This document shows positions 1 to 9,588 of a DNA stretch of 64,000 nucleotides, piece after piece. A program made the translations under genes and the position numbers. Numbering within the stretch: position 1 is the stretch's first letter; the number at the start of each line of letters is the position of its first letter. This DNA comes from an uncultured Candidatus Saccharibacteria bacterium (GTDB lineage: Bacteria; Patescibacteriota; Minisyncoccia; UBA6257; 2-01-FULL-56-20), in the NCBI GenBank assembly GCA_964360585.1, contig CAYHXC010000004.1, positions 15,366-79,365 of the forward strand, written 5' to 3'. Under the pieces are notes generated by a model. That model did no database searches, was not told the origin of the DNA, and saw nothing but the letters and a program-made list of their open reading frames with translations.

Positions 1-10
1 GGCAGGCGCA

Positions 11-1744
11 ATGACAAGCGGAAAATTGTTAGAAAAGCCCTTTGGAACTACAATAAAAAGTATGGTTGTTCAGCCACGCGATCTGCAAACAAAAGTTTCC
101 CATATTCGCCGTGATGCCGAAGAGCGGGCCGCCCAAGCGCGCGCCAAACAGTCGGGAACTGGGTATATTGATATCCGAAAGGCGCCAACCTCACTCGATG
201 CCTTACGGCTTTTAACCGAAGAACAGGCCCGGAAAGCCCAGGTGGCGGTTATTCAAACAAAACCTGGAGAGGCGGCGCTGGCCGCCTATGATCCGCGGAA
301 TGAGGAAGTAAAAGCAGTGGAGAAGATTCTTAAAGAAAAAGGTTTGACGGTGAAGTTGTTTACCGTTTCCGAGGATGGACTTGAAGAGGTGTGGAAGATG
401 TACCGTTTCGTGCCGGAGGAGGTGAAGGAGATTACCGGAAATGTTGAGGTGAGTAAGGCTGATTTTGATGAGACAAAGGCCCGGCTCAAAGATTTTCATG
501 GCGTGGAGAAAGAATTTGTCGCGATGGATTTTGAGCATGTTGGCACCACGAAGTTTTTTGAGCTCATCTTGGTCGGCGCGATTACGAGCCGCGCTTCCGA
601 TATTCACTTGGAGGCCGAGGAGAAGGGCGCGCGCTTCCGCTATCGTATTGACGGTGTGTTGCATGATGTTTCGGCGGTGGTGCCAACACGGAATTTTGAA
701 AATATTGTGACGCGCGTGAAATTATTAGCCGGCTTAAAACTGAATATTAAATCAGAAACACAAGATGGCCGCTTTACTATTCGTCTTGCGGAGAAAGATA
801 TCGAGATGCGTGTTTCGATTATTCCTTCGCAGTACGGCGAGACGATCGTGATGCGTATTTTGGATCCGGCCGGAATTAATGTGACGTTGGAACAGCTTGG
901 TTTTCGGCCAGACGATCTTGAATTAGTAAGGCATGAGCTCAACCGTCCGAATGGTTTAATTCTGAATACCGGTCCGACTGGTTCCGGAAAAACGACGACG
1001 CTCTACACTTTCTTGCGATCGGTCAGTAGTCCTGAGATGAAGGTAATTACGATTGAAGATCCGGTGGAGTATCACTTGCCGGGGATTTCGCAAACACAGA
1101 CCGATGCCAAGGCTGGCTACACCTTTGCGAGTGGTCTGCGCGCTATCTTACGCCAGGATCCGGATATTATTCTCGTCGGTGAAATTCGTGATTTAGAAAC
1201 AGCGGAAATTGCGATGAACGCGTCTTTGACCGGCCACTTGGTTTTCTCGACGCTCCACACGAACGACGCTTTGGGCGCCGTGCCGCGATTTGTGGACTTG
1301 GGCGTAAAGCCGGCGATCTTGGGACCGGGCTTAAGTTTGGTTATCGCTCAGCGTCTGGTGCGGAAGCTGTGCGAGAAGTGTAAAAAGCCAGCCGAGATAA
1401 ATGACGATATGAAAGGAAAGATTCAGCACTTCCTCGACACACTGCCGAAGCGTATAGACCGAAAGCCATACGAGAACTATAAAATCTACGAACCGGTTGG
1501 CTGTGAGGTGTGTGGCAGCTTTGGTTTTAAGGGACGACTGGGTATGTACGAGTTTTTCCGCAACACCCCCGAGCTTCAGGAGATGATCGCGCAGGGCGTA
1601 ACGGTAGTGGCGCTCCGCAAAGAAGCCAAAAACCAAGAGATGATTTTCCTCCAACAAGACGGAATCTTAAAAGTTTTACAGGGAGTTACATCCTTCCCCG
1701 AAGTGGTAGATGTGACGGGAGAAATCGAGTGGGAAGAAAAGTAA
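11..1744 (+). CDS. pilB: Type II secretion / type IV pilus assembly ATPase (GspE/PilB family)
   Basis: Walker A GPTGSGKTTTL, Walker B DPDIILVGEIRD, His box, C-terminal tetracysteine CEKCKK...CEVCG; 577 aa. Confidence 0.8.
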   Translation: MTSGKLLEKPFGTTIKSMVVQPRDLQTKVSHIRRDAEERAAQARAKQSGTGYIDIRKAPTSLDALRLLTEEQARKAQVAVIQTKPGEAALAAYDPRNEEVKAVEKILKEKGLTVKLFTVSEDGLEEVWKMYRFVPEEVKEITGNVEVSKADFDETKARLKDFHGVEKEFVAMDFEHVGTTKFFELILVGAITSRASDIHLEAEEKGARFRYRIDGVLHDVSAVVPTRNFENIVTRVKLLAGLKLNIKSETQDGRFTIRLAEKDIEMRVSIIPSQYGETIVMRILDPAGINVTLEQLGFRPDDLELVRHELNRPNGLILNTGPTGSGKTTTLYTFLRSVSSPEMKVITIEDPVEYHLPGISQTQTDAKAGYTFASGLRAILRQDPDIILVGEIRDLETAEIAMNASLTGHLVFSTLHTNDALGAVPRFVDLGVKPAILGPGLSLVIAQRLVRKLCEKCKKPAEINDDMKGKIQHFLDTLPKRIDRKPYENYKIYEPVGCEVCGSFGFKGRLGMYEFFRNTPELQEMIAQGVTVVALRKEAKNQEMIFLQQDGILKVLQGVTSFPEVVDVTGEIEWEEK

Positions 1745-1790
1745 AAACTGTTGATTCTGGTAACTAAAGGTTGTAGAATCGGGGCACAAT

Positions 1791-2324
1791 ATGGACATCT
1801 ACACGGGGGCAGGAGTAGTCATTGGGATCATAGTCCTTTGTTTCATCGTCAAGGGGCTTATTGATGGAACATACCATATCTCAGAAGTGACTCTTGCCCC
1901 GCCCTTTCTGAAGTTTTCTAAAACCAGCAACATAGCGTCTTCGCGGAATATTATTGTAGAAACTAACACGGGGAATCATAATGATGACTTGAATATCACG
2001 CCTGCCATCATACATGATTTTCACAGCAATCTTGGGCCTCTGAAAAGTGATAGTGATGCAAAAAGATTTGAAGAGATTAAAGTTTCGTGGAAGGTTAAGC
2101 TATTTTCAGCTTGGGAGGATAAAGAAAATTATGTTTTATATATGACCTCCACAGATCAAAGAATGGGAGTTCCGCATCTATTTTCTATATACTGTAATGT
2201 CCCTATAAAAAAATACCCCAAGATTAAAGTTTTAGATAAAAATAAAGTTTTTACAGTAAATGGAATAGTAGCTACTACAGGAAGCTGGGAAGCTCGTCTA
2301 AGAGATTGCGATCTAATATTTTAA
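1791..2324 (+). CDS. hypothetical membrane-anchored protein
   Basis: N-terminal hydrophobic helix; AT-rich ORF, no motif recognised. Confidence 0.35.
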   Translation: MDIYTGAGVVIGIIVLCFIVKGLIDGTYHISEVTLAPPFLKFSKTSNIASSRNIIVETNTGNHNDDLNITPAIIHDFHSNLGPLKSDSDAKRFEEIKVSWKVKLFSAWEDKENYVLYMTSTDQRMGVPHLFSIYCNVPIKKYPKIKVLDKNKVFTVNGIVATTGSWEARLRDCDLIF

Positions 2325-2388
2325 TTCTATATTGATTGCTTCTAATAACCTTTCCAGATTTATAAGATGTTGTCAGAGGTTTCAATTT

Positions 2389-2880
2389 ATGTCCAAGTTC
2401 ACAATCGTAAACGAACAGGATGAGGTTATTGGTTATAAAGATTTGTCGATGATAACAGGAGGGGACATCAACCGTTCTGCTGCGCTTTGGATTACAAACG
2501 ACGAAGGGAAAATTCTTCTGGCCAAGCGGGCATTGATGAAAGAAAGAGAACCAGGAGTATGGGGACCAGCCGTTGCCGGAATGATTGAAGAAGGCGAGAC
2601 ATACTACTCCAATATCGTAAAAGAAGCGGAGGAAGAAATTGGGCTTAAAGGTATCCAGCCTACAGAAGGACCAAAAATCAGAGTTTCTCAGAAACATAAT
2701 TACTTTTGTCAGTGGTATCTTTTGGTTTTTAATGGAAGTCTTTCCGATTTAAAAATACAGGAGGAAGAAGTTTCTGAACTAAAATGGTTTTCTCCGGAAG
2801 AGTTAAAAAGGCAGCTCATAAACTCTCCAGAACAGTTTATTGATTCCGCGAACGGCTGGATCGAGTGGTTTCGGCTGTAA
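2389..2880 (+). CDS. Nudix hydrolase
   Basis: Nudix box GMIEEGETYYSNIVKEAEEEIGL (Gx5Ex7[RK]ExxEExGu); start taken at internal ATG 2389 (MSKFTIV) after AGAGG-like RBS. Confidence 0.65.
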   Translation: MSKFTIVNEQDEVIGYKDLSMITGGDINRSAALWITNDEGKILLAKRALMKEREPGVWGPAVAGMIEEGETYYSNIVKEAEEEIGLKGIQPTEGPKIRVSQKHNYFCQWYLLVFNGSLSDLKIQEEEVSELKWFSPEELKRQLINSPEQFIDSANGWIEWFRL

Positions 2881-2957
2881 AAAACCTTCCAGAATGGCGA
2901 AGAAAAATTGACTTTGGGAAGAGAGGGCTATATAAAGTCTATAGTGGAGGAAGGAAG

Positions 2958-3248
2958 ATGCTTTTAAAGAGTCTTGTTCAGGGGCTAGGATCTCTCGTTG
3001 TCGGATCTCGAGGCGAAGATGACGACTTCCAGGGGGAGTTGCAGATCAAGACTTCAGAAGAAGTTCCTATGTCTCGGATACGGGAGCTGTGTGAACAGCA
3101 CTATGCTACGCTTGAAGCGGAATTTCGGGACAAGCACGGGGGAGAGAATTTTTGCAGTTGGGGCATTTGGCGGAATGACGATCCCCGGGCCGTAATTGTT
3201 ATTACGAAGGCGGGAAGTTTGATTCTCATCACCCTCTATCCGTCGTAG
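2958..3248 (+). CDS. hypothetical protein
   Basis: ORF with GGAGGAAGG RBS 5 nt upstream of ATG 2958. Confidence 0.35.
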   Translation: MLLKSLVQGLGSLVVGSRGEDDDFQGELQIKTSEEVPMSRIRELCEQHYATLEAEFRDKHGGENFCSWGIWRNDDPRAVIVITKAGSLILITLYPS

Positions 3249-3335
3249 ACACAACCGTCTCAATGCAAGGCGGTTTTTTATTTGCAAAAAGATGGGCGGG
3301 ACGTTAGGATGATACGAGTTTTTTGAGGAGGCGAA

Positions 3336-3695
3336 ATGAAGGGAATAATAAAAAAGATCGACAAAGTACGGCAGGCATTCTCGGATGTGGTACGAAACTA
3401 TCCGATTGACGATGTGAAATGGAGAAGGATGATTGAAGCCTTTCGGGCAGTTACTTCTGACGAAGCATTTGATCGATGGCCTCAGTCTCTCCGATTCAGT
3501 ATCACATTTTTGTACGATGTCCTTATGTTCACGCCGCGCGAGCAAATCACCAAAGAAATGTTGGTGGTAGTGGCGAAAGAGTTACGTAGGATCAGTGCCT
3601 GGAAAGGTGACTGGAAAGAGTGCCACATCCAAGTCTATGAGGCTATTCGCGCCACTGATTTCGAAACCTTTCCCCAACCACTCGAAGAGCATTAA
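3336..3695 (+). CDS. hypothetical protein
   Basis: GAGGAGG RBS upstream; 119 aa, no motif. Confidence 0.4.
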   Translation: MKGIIKKIDKVRQAFSDVVRNYPIDDVKWRRMIEAFRAVTSDEAFDRWPQSLRFSITFLYDVLMFTPREQITKEMLVVVAKELRRISAWKGDWKECHIQVYEAIRATDFETFPQPLEEH

Positions 3696-3785
3696 ATCGT
3701 GAGTCCTTCGTGGATTCGCGATTTTTTATTTAGTTGCGCCAAGGCTTTGAAAATCGTAGAATAGGGAAAGTTTGAGGGAGGCTTA

Positions 3786-3998
3786 ATGAGAAAGCGCTTA
3801 AAAAAGAAGATCAGAGGACCAATTCCTTTGAGAAAGTGGAAAGGTCCTTCAAAAAGAGAAGTAGCTTCTCGACGAAGGATTCTGAAGAAACATCCTATCG
3901 CCTCAGTTCTCTTCGCTGTGGCGGATGGCTTCCGGAAGATGTCCGGAAGCAGAAAAGTACATATTACTATTGGTGGTCACGACGACAGCGATCTGTAG
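3786..3998 (+). CDS. small basic hypothetical protein
   Basis: GAGGGAGG RBS; K/R-rich N-terminus; 70 aa. Confidence 0.3.
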   Translation: MRKRLKKKIRGPIPLRKWKGPSKREVASRRRILKKHPIASVLFAVADGFRKMSGSRKVHITIGGHDDSDL

Positions 3999-4071
3999 CC
4001 GCTTGCCTTATCAATGAGGCGTGCGGTTTTTTATTACTCGCATAAAACTGCGGGCGGAAGCCCGTGGAGAG

Positions 4072-4821
4072 TCACTTTCGGTCGGGGATCATATCCCAGA
4101 ATGCTTCGAAAAGTGTTTTCTGTGTTTTAGCGAGCTCTACACTTTTAATAACCAGGATCATTCCTTCGGAAGCAGGGGAGATAAAAGCGACACGATCACC
4201 GAATATAATCGTAGTGCAAGAAACTTTATAGGTGTGCGGCAGAATTTTTGAAACGCGATTTTCTTTTTTATCTTTCGCAATAATTTCTTTAGCATACTCG
4301 GAGAAGGATAAGAGCTGACGGCTGTGAATTCCTTTTTTCACTTTTTTCTGAATAATTTGATTCGTAATATAGCCGTTCCGGACAAAGCCTAACATTTCTT
4401 TCGGATCGGTGATGATCATGTAGTCTTTGATGCCAGATTCCAAGACAAATTTCCAGGCTTTTTTAAATCCTTCACTGCCGCTTAAAAAATAAACGCGGGG
4501 TTTTTGATTCTGTTCGGTGTAGATTGGGGTAAACAAAGGAAGTGTTTTGGAAAACGATTCGACGTTCTCGCGAAGACTTTCAAGAATTGTTTCCGGCTTT
4601 TCGGCGACGTAGTACGTATGTTTTTTAACGGTGGTTTTAGAGACGAGGCCGCGCGCCTCAAGAACTTCCAAGATGGCGTACATGCTGGTTCGTTTAATTT
4701 TGGCTGTCTTGGCAATATCTTCGACGGTGCCATCGCCGAGCTCAAGAAGTGCTAAGTAGGTTTTAGCTTCGTTCTCGGAAAAGTTCGCTTTCTCGAGGGA
4801 CTGGAGTAGTTGCTTGTGCAT
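4072..4821 (-). CDS. TrmB-family transcriptional regulator
   Basis: N-terminal wHTH LSENEAKTYLALLELGDGTVEDIAKTAKIKRTSMYAILEVLEARGLV typical of TrmB; start at second Met. Confidence 0.6.
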   Translation of the reverse strand: MHKQLLQSLEKANFSENEAKTYLALLELGDGTVEDIAKTAKIKRTSMYAILEVLEARGLVSKTTVKKHTYYVAEKPETILESLRENVESFSKTLPLFTPIYTEQNQKPRVYFLSGSEGFKKAWKFVLESGIKDYMIITDPKEMLGFVRNGYITNQIIQKKVKKGIHSRQLLSFSEYAKEIIAKDKKENRVSKILPHTYKVSCTTIIFGDRVAFISPASEGMILVIKSVELAKTQKTLFEAFWDMIPDRK

Positions 4822-4949
4822 GCCTTGAATATAGCAAAACACCATGGAAAAGATAGCTGAAATGTTGTCGGAAATAAAAACATTTTCTATTTGAATTGGT
4901 CGAAAAAAATCTATAGTTCATCTCAGATCGTTTAAAAGGAGGACGACAG

Positions 4950-5312
4950 ATGGCCTTAACAGTGTTTGAAGCGTTGGTCTTAGCCCACTTGATCGGCGAC
5001 TGGCTCTTCCAGACCGAGTATGAGGCCATGAACAAGGCGAAGGGCAAGTTCTTGAACGGTGCGATCATAAAGCACTGCTTCACCTACACCCTGGCTTTCG
5101 TTCCTGTCTTCGCTTGGTTTGGAATTCCTCTGTGGGGCTTGGCGGTCATCTACGCCACGCACCACTTTCTCGATCGTCGTTGGCCGATCATCTGGTTCAT
5201 TCGGACCTGCAAGTTCACGGACCAGAAAACCATCGACGCTTTGTTCTGGCTGGTGATCGCGGTTGACCAGGTAGTTCATGTCCTGATCCTGGCCGCGATT
5301 GCGATTGCCTGA
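4950..5312 (+). CDS. DUF3307-like small membrane protein
   Basis: AAAGGAGG RBS; motif HLIGDWLFQT...HHFLD, 3-4 TM helices. Confidence 0.5.
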   Translation: MALTVFEALVLAHLIGDWLFQTEYEAMNKAKGKFLNGAIIKHCFTYTLAFVPVFAWFGIPLWGLAVIYATHHFLDRRWPIIWFIRTCKFTDQKTIDALFWLVIAVDQVVHVLILAAIAIA

Positions 5313-5320
5313 ATCGACCG

Positions 5321-5352
5321 CAACCCCTCGCTTTTCGAGGGGCTTTTTATTT
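5321..5352 (+). terminator. rho-independent terminator
   Basis: CCCCTCGCTTTTCGAGGGGC hairpin followed by TTTTTATTTT. Confidence 0.7.
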
Positions 5353-5404
5353 TACAATCCTTGCCGTTGAAGGGCGTGAGCCCGTGGTTCTTTACTTGCA
5401 GAAT

Positions 5405-5440
5405 AAAAAAGTCCTAGTGGATAAACCACTAGGACTATGC
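5405..5440 (-). terminator. rho-independent terminator for 5435..5896
   Basis: AGTCCTAGTGG-ATAAA-CCACTAGGACT hairpin, preceded on + by A6 (T-run on minus strand). Confidence 0.65.
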
Positions 5441-5896
5441 GGCTCGAGGCAGTATTTTTAAATGCGCGATTTTTTTCCTCTTGCTATTATCTTCGCGCTC
5501 GGCAGGTCGGAGATACAGAGTCTCGTTTCTATTGCCATAGGGTTTCATCCGAACGCGGCGCTTTGCCAGTTTTTCCGCCACTAACTGTTCAAGATATTCG
5601 GTGATTTGTTCCAGTGAGAATACCTTTCCCAAGGTGCTTTCAAGGGAAATTCCCTTTTCTTCGAAAAGCAGAGATCGGACCTCATCAGCCGTTCTCCACT
5701 TCGAGCGGCTAAGAGTTGCCTCAACGTCATCTTTTGTTATAGGAGACAGGGTCAACGCGCGATAGGCGGCGCCAAAAAGCGTTCCCACAAGACCGACAGC
5801 GAGAGCTTGTGAAATCGAATTCGTTGCCCATCCAGTGACAAGAAAAAAAAGAATTCCCGTGAGGAGTGCAGTCCTTAAAACAGTACCTTCTTTCAT
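5435..5896 (-). CDS. hypothetical membrane protein
   Basis: two N-terminal TM helices, charged C-terminus. Confidence 0.4.
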   Translation of the reverse strand: MKEGTVLRTALLTGILFFLVTGWATNSISQALAVGLVGTLFGAAYRALTLSPITKDDVEATLSRSKWRTADEVRSLLFEEKGISLESTLGKVFSLEQITEYLEQLVAEKLAKRRVRMKPYGNRNETLYLRPAEREDNSKRKKIAHLKILPRAA

Positions 5897-6028
5897 CGTA
5901 ATCCTCCCCGTGAGCTAATTAGGTTGTAGCAATTTTTTTTATTTTCTCCAAATTGGAGCGATGAAAAAAGAAGAGAAATTTGATCGGATCCTTGCTTTAT
6001 GGGATAGAAGAGTCTAGGGTGAGCATAT

Positions 6029-6580
6029 ATGGCTTTCTTTAAGAAACCAGGAGGGTTCGGCGGTGGTCGCCGAGAGGATAGAGGCGGGGATCGTGGCGGC
6101 AGTCGCTTCGGAGACAAACCGCGTTTTGGCGGCGGCAAACCCAGCTTTGGCAACAAGGGCGGATTTCGTGGTTCCGATGATCGCGGCGGTTTTGGCGGAC
6201 GTCCTCCAGTCCAACTTTTTAAAGCCACGTGCAGTAATTGCGGGAAAACCTGCGAAGTGCCTTTTCGACCGACAGGAGAAAAGCCGGTGTATTGCAATGA
6301 TTGTTTTGGCGCGACCAAGGGCCGCGAAGGCGGCGCCCGCAGTTTTGAGAAAAGAGATTTCAAACCACGTGAATCTTACCGACCGAGAGAGGTTGTTCCA
6401 GCGCCCGCTCCAGATAAGCGGATTGATGATCTCAAGAAACAACTCGACGCGATTCAAAGAAAGCTGGATGACGTAATGCAGCTTATTACCGCCACAAAAA
6501 TTAGCGCTGTTTTGACCAAAGTGGAATCAAAGAAAAAAGAAACCACTGCCAAAAAGAAAGTTGAGCCAAAAAAGAAGTAA
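6029..6580 (+). CDS. Gly/Arg-rich (RGG-like) protein with CxxC...CxxC zinc ribbon and Lys-rich coiled-coil tail
   Basis: GGFGGGRREDRGGDRGG repeats; CSNCGKTCEVPFRPTGEKPVYCNDC; C-terminal KKK tail. Confidence 0.5.
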   Translation: MAFFKKPGGFGGGRREDRGGDRGGSRFGDKPRFGGGKPSFGNKGGFRGSDDRGGFGGRPPVQLFKATCSNCGKTCEVPFRPTGEKPVYCNDCFGATKGREGGARSFEKRDFKPRESYRPREVVPAPAPDKRIDDLKKQLDAIQRKLDDVMQLITATKISAVLTKVESKKKETTAKKKVEPKKK

Positions 6581-6594
6581 GGAATTTCTAAGCC

Positions 6595-7101
6595 ATGCAG
6601 GTTCCTTGGCGCCGATCAGATAAATTCAAGAAAGTTGATGATGGTCCGGTGTATATAACAGAAGAAGGCCTCAAAAATTTAAAAGAGAAATTAGTTCATC
6701 TAAAAAAAATACTGCCCGGCTATATTGCCGAGGCTAAGCGTACAGCGGCCTACGGCGATCGCTCGGACAATGCCGAGTATAAACAGGCTAAGGGAATGTT
6801 GCGGCGGACGAACTATCAGATTTTGGAAATTGAAGGTCAATTAAAAAGAGTTTCAGTTATTTCTTCGAAGGAAAATACATCCGGCGTGGTGCAATTGGGT
6901 TCGACAGTTATTTTAAAAACTCAGGATGGGAAAGAAAAAACATTTCAACTTGTCGGACCAATGGAAACAAATCCTGGTGGCGGACGAATTTCTCACGAGT
7001 CGCCGTTAGGGAGCGCGCTTTTAAAAAAGAAAGCTGGAGAAAGGGTAGTAGTAAAAACTGCGAAGGGATCGGAGGAATATCTGGTTCTCGAGATCAAATA
7101 A
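6595..7101 (+). CDS. greA: transcription elongation factor GreA
   Basis: GreA N-terminal coiled coil and C-terminal FKBP-like domain, motifs AAYGDRSDNAEY and GSTVILKTQDGKEKTFQLVGP. Confidence 0.8.
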   Translation: MQVPWRRSDKFKKVDDGPVYITEEGLKNLKEKLVHLKKILPGYIAEAKRTAAYGDRSDNAEYKQAKGMLRRTNYQILEIEGQLKRVSVISSKENTSGVVQLGSTVILKTQDGKEKTFQLVGPMETNPGGGRISHESPLGSALLKKKAGERVVVKTAKGSEEYLVLEIK

Positions 7102-7102
7102 A

Positions 7103-7138
7103 AAAGCCCTGATCGATCGAAATCGATAGGGCTTATGC
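7103..7138. terminator. bidirectional terminator hairpin
   Basis: AAAAAAGCCCTGATCGATCGAAATCGATAGGGCTT between convergent genes. Confidence 0.6.
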
Positions 7139-7594
7139 TGCTTTTTTTCTGGCGTTTCGCGCCCGGATCATTTCCTGAATGTTACGAGCGATACTTTCGG
7201 GTACGATGCAGTACTGCCGCTGATTGAGAGGAGTTGGTTTCCCCTTCGCTCTCCACACGAGCGGCGGGCGGCGAACAAATACCACCACCGAGGAACTTTC
7301 CTCCAGCTTGGAGAGATATCTCTCGACTCGTTCAACGAGCCTTCTCTTTGTTGCCGCGTCTTCAATGAAGACACTTCTGTGCGAGAGAATTTCAACGCAT
7401 ACTTCGAGGGCGGTTTTTCCCACGCCGCGATTGTTCCCTAGAATTTTGGCGCACGCCGCCACGGCTGTTTTTTCTTCGACTCGATTCAGAACAGAGAGCA
7501 CATCTTCCTGTCGAATGAGAGGTGCAAGCCATTCAGATAGCCTCGTGATACTCACGGATGTTTTCCGGAAAAGTCTGCGCCCCCAATTTTTCAT
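7133..7594 (-). CDS. hypothetical protein
   Basis: 153 aa ORF, slightly GC-rich, no motif recognised. Confidence 0.35.
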   Translation of the reverse strand: MKNWGRRLFRKTSVSITRLSEWLAPLIRQEDVLSVLNRVEEKTAVAACAKILGNNRGVGKTALEVCVEILSHRSVFIEDAATKRRLVERVERYLSKLEESSSVVVFVRRPPLVWRAKGKPTPLNQRQYCIVPESIARNIQEMIRARNARKKAA

Positions 7595-7773
7595 TGTATT
7601 CCTCCCTCGTGAACTGCCCCCTTTATAACAAACTCCCAGCTTTTCTTCAACTAGGCGGCATATTCCTCCATATTGTTTTCGTATTTCAAGCGTATGAAAA
7701 TCAGAGTGAAGATTAAGTGAACAATAAAAAAATCGCCGAGGGGAGCGATTTTGAAAATGTTCTAAAAAATAAG

Positions 7774-8952
7774 TTACTGTCTGATACGGATGTTAATTAG
7801 TTCTTCACTATTCTTTTTTTCTACGGCCACAGTTGTTGTTCCCTTTAAAAGATCGCTGTGTACTTCGACGCCAATCGTTCCGGAAACACTGCCGCCATGC
7901 TCGCTTGAACTTCCAGTCTCCAAGGGGAGGGCTTCGTCGCGATCAGCATCATTTTTCTCGTCAGTTTGCATCTCACTTCTCACATCTACTGCCGTCTTGG
8001 ATTCGTGGGCGATCCGAATAGCATCATTTGCCAGGTTGAATGCTTCGCCGTACAGACCAGCTTCATTTTTTACTTTGGCTTGGATCAAAAGTTCGTCGGA
8101 CAGCGTAAGAAGAGCTTCGATTTCCGAGGCATTCTCGAGACGTAGTTTATTCTCTTTTTTTGCCACGTATTTTTTTGTTTCGAGCAGTATCTTCCCAGCC
8201 GCCTTAATCTTAGCGTTCGCGGCGTGTTCGGTGCTTGAGCTGTTATCGGACTTAATTTTTTTCTCTAGTCGAACCCGGGTTTCGGTGGCGGATGAGAGCG
8301 CCTTACTGATTTTTGTTTCCAGTCGAGAGGGAGGGGGCGCGGCTTCAGGGAGGGCGATTTTTGCGCTCATCATCATTGTTGCTCCGGTGTCGCTTTGTGC
8401 GGTGCGAGCAGCAATTTTCTCATGACCCTGAAGTGTGCCCTCAAATCGCGCCGCTAAACTCGCGGCCTCACGTTCCTTGCCATTTTCCTCAAGTTTTGCC
8501 ATATGCTCCAGTGTTTTTTCCTCATGCGTTTCAAACTCGTCCGAGAGTTCGGTTTCAGTTTTCGCGTCAAGTTTCCCTTGTAGCGCGAGGCGCGATGCTT
8601 CTTCGAGACGACGACTGGCCAGTTCAGCCTCCCAATCGCCTTTAGCCTCTACGCCAAACGAGAGAGCGCCCACGACTGGTTCGTTCACCTGTTTTTTGAC
8701 AATATAGAGCAGATCGCCGGGCAATGTTTTCTCGGCTGCCAGCGAAGTTCCTCCGCCGATCAAAAAGATAATCACAAAAATGATAGCGGGCACTTTGGTA
8801 AGTTGGTACAAGAAATGACGACCGACAGGTTTTTTGATAGCGAGATCAGCCTCAATGAGACGGCTTAAATTGCCGCGAATGATATTTTTGCGTTCAAGGT
8901 CGAGACGGATCTCGTTCCGGGCTTTTTTCAGTTGTTCAAAAAGTGGTTCCAT
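7774..8952 (-). CDS. putative anti-sigma factor (single-pass membrane protein)
   Basis: located immediately downstream of the ECF sigma gene; cytoplasmic N-domain, TM helix VPAIIFVIIFLIGGGTSLAA, extracytoplasmic coiled-coil domain. Confidence 0.5.
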   Translation of the reverse strand: MEPLFEQLKKARNEIRLDLERKNIIRGNLSRLIEADLAIKKPVGRHFLYQLTKVPAIIFVIIFLIGGGTSLAAEKTLPGDLLYIVKKQVNEPVVGALSFGVEAKGDWEAELASRRLEEASRLALQGKLDAKTETELSDEFETHEEKTLEHMAKLEENGKEREAASLAARFEGTLQGHEKIAARTAQSDTGATMMMSAKIALPEAAPPPSRLETKISKALSSATETRVRLEKKIKSDNSSSTEHAANAKIKAAGKILLETKKYVAKKENKLRLENASEIEALLTLSDELLIQAKVKNEAGLYGEAFNLANDAIRIAHESKTAVDVRSEMQTDEKNDADRDEALPLETGSSSEHGGSVSGTIGVEVHSDLLKGTTTVAVEKKNSEELINIRIRQ

Positions 8953-8957
8953 GGATT

Positions 8958-9455
8958 TTAAAGTAACTTCTTTAAGGATTGCATTGCCCGATTGAGTTTT
9001 ACGGAAACGTTATTGGCCGTGATATTCATTATTTCGGCAATTTCCTTAGGGTCAAGGTCGTCAAAATAGCGAAGAGTGAGAAGCGTTCGTTCGTCTTCTT
9101 CGAGATCAGCCATCTGTTCTTTGATGTTTGCAAGAAGGGTGTTCCGTTCGATGTCTTTATGTCCGGCATACGACGGTTCGGCAATCTGATCATTCTCGAG
9201 CATCGCATCAAGTTCCGCCTCTTTTTTCTTTCGCGATTCGTCGATGATCAAGTTTGTGGCAATTTTATAAAGCAGAGCGCGGATGTTTTCTATCTCTTTT
9301 CCGTCGGACATATAAACCCAGAGTTTAGTAAAGGCTTCCTGCATTAGATCCTCGGCGCGAGCCTTGGAGTAGACGCGAAAGTAGCAGTGGCGGTAGATCG
9401 CCTCGGCATGGTCATCATATGCTTGGAGAAAAATATTTTTCGGATTTCTTGCCAT
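8958..9455 (-). CDS. ECF-type RNA polymerase sigma-70 factor
   Basis: region 2 (EDLMQEAFTKLW) and region 4 HTH (EIAEIMNITANNVSVKLNRAMQSL); 165 aa. Confidence 0.8.
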   Translation of the reverse strand: MARNPKNIFLQAYDDHAEAIYRHCYFRVYSKARAEDLMQEAFTKLWVYMSDGKEIENIRALLYKIATNLIIDESRKKKEAELDAMLENDQIAEPSYAGHKDIERNTLLANIKEQMADLEEDERTLLTLRYFDDLDPKEIAEIMNITANNVSVKLNRAMQSLKKLL

Positions 9456-9588
9456 AGTCTGTGACGTTGAGATTGGGTCCTTCTTTCATATTATATACCA
9501 CTACTCGTGGTCAAGGAGGTAAGAGGGAAGTTCATGATCCGTCGTACATACAAAGGTCGCGTATTATGAACCTTTTACATTTAACTCT

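Noticed and set aside
5893-6476. Minus-strand ORFs (156 and 147 aa) and a + strand 137-aa ORF overlapping the Gly/Arg-rich gene
   Set aside because: They are translations of the same repetitive GC-rich DNA in other frames (Pro/Arg/Ala-rich low complexity). Only the 6029-6580 frame has an RBS, a Zn ribbon and a sensible tail.
8979-9347. 122-aa + strand ORF antisense to the ECF sigma gene
   Set aside because: Lies inside a gene with clear sigma-70 region 2/4 motifs.
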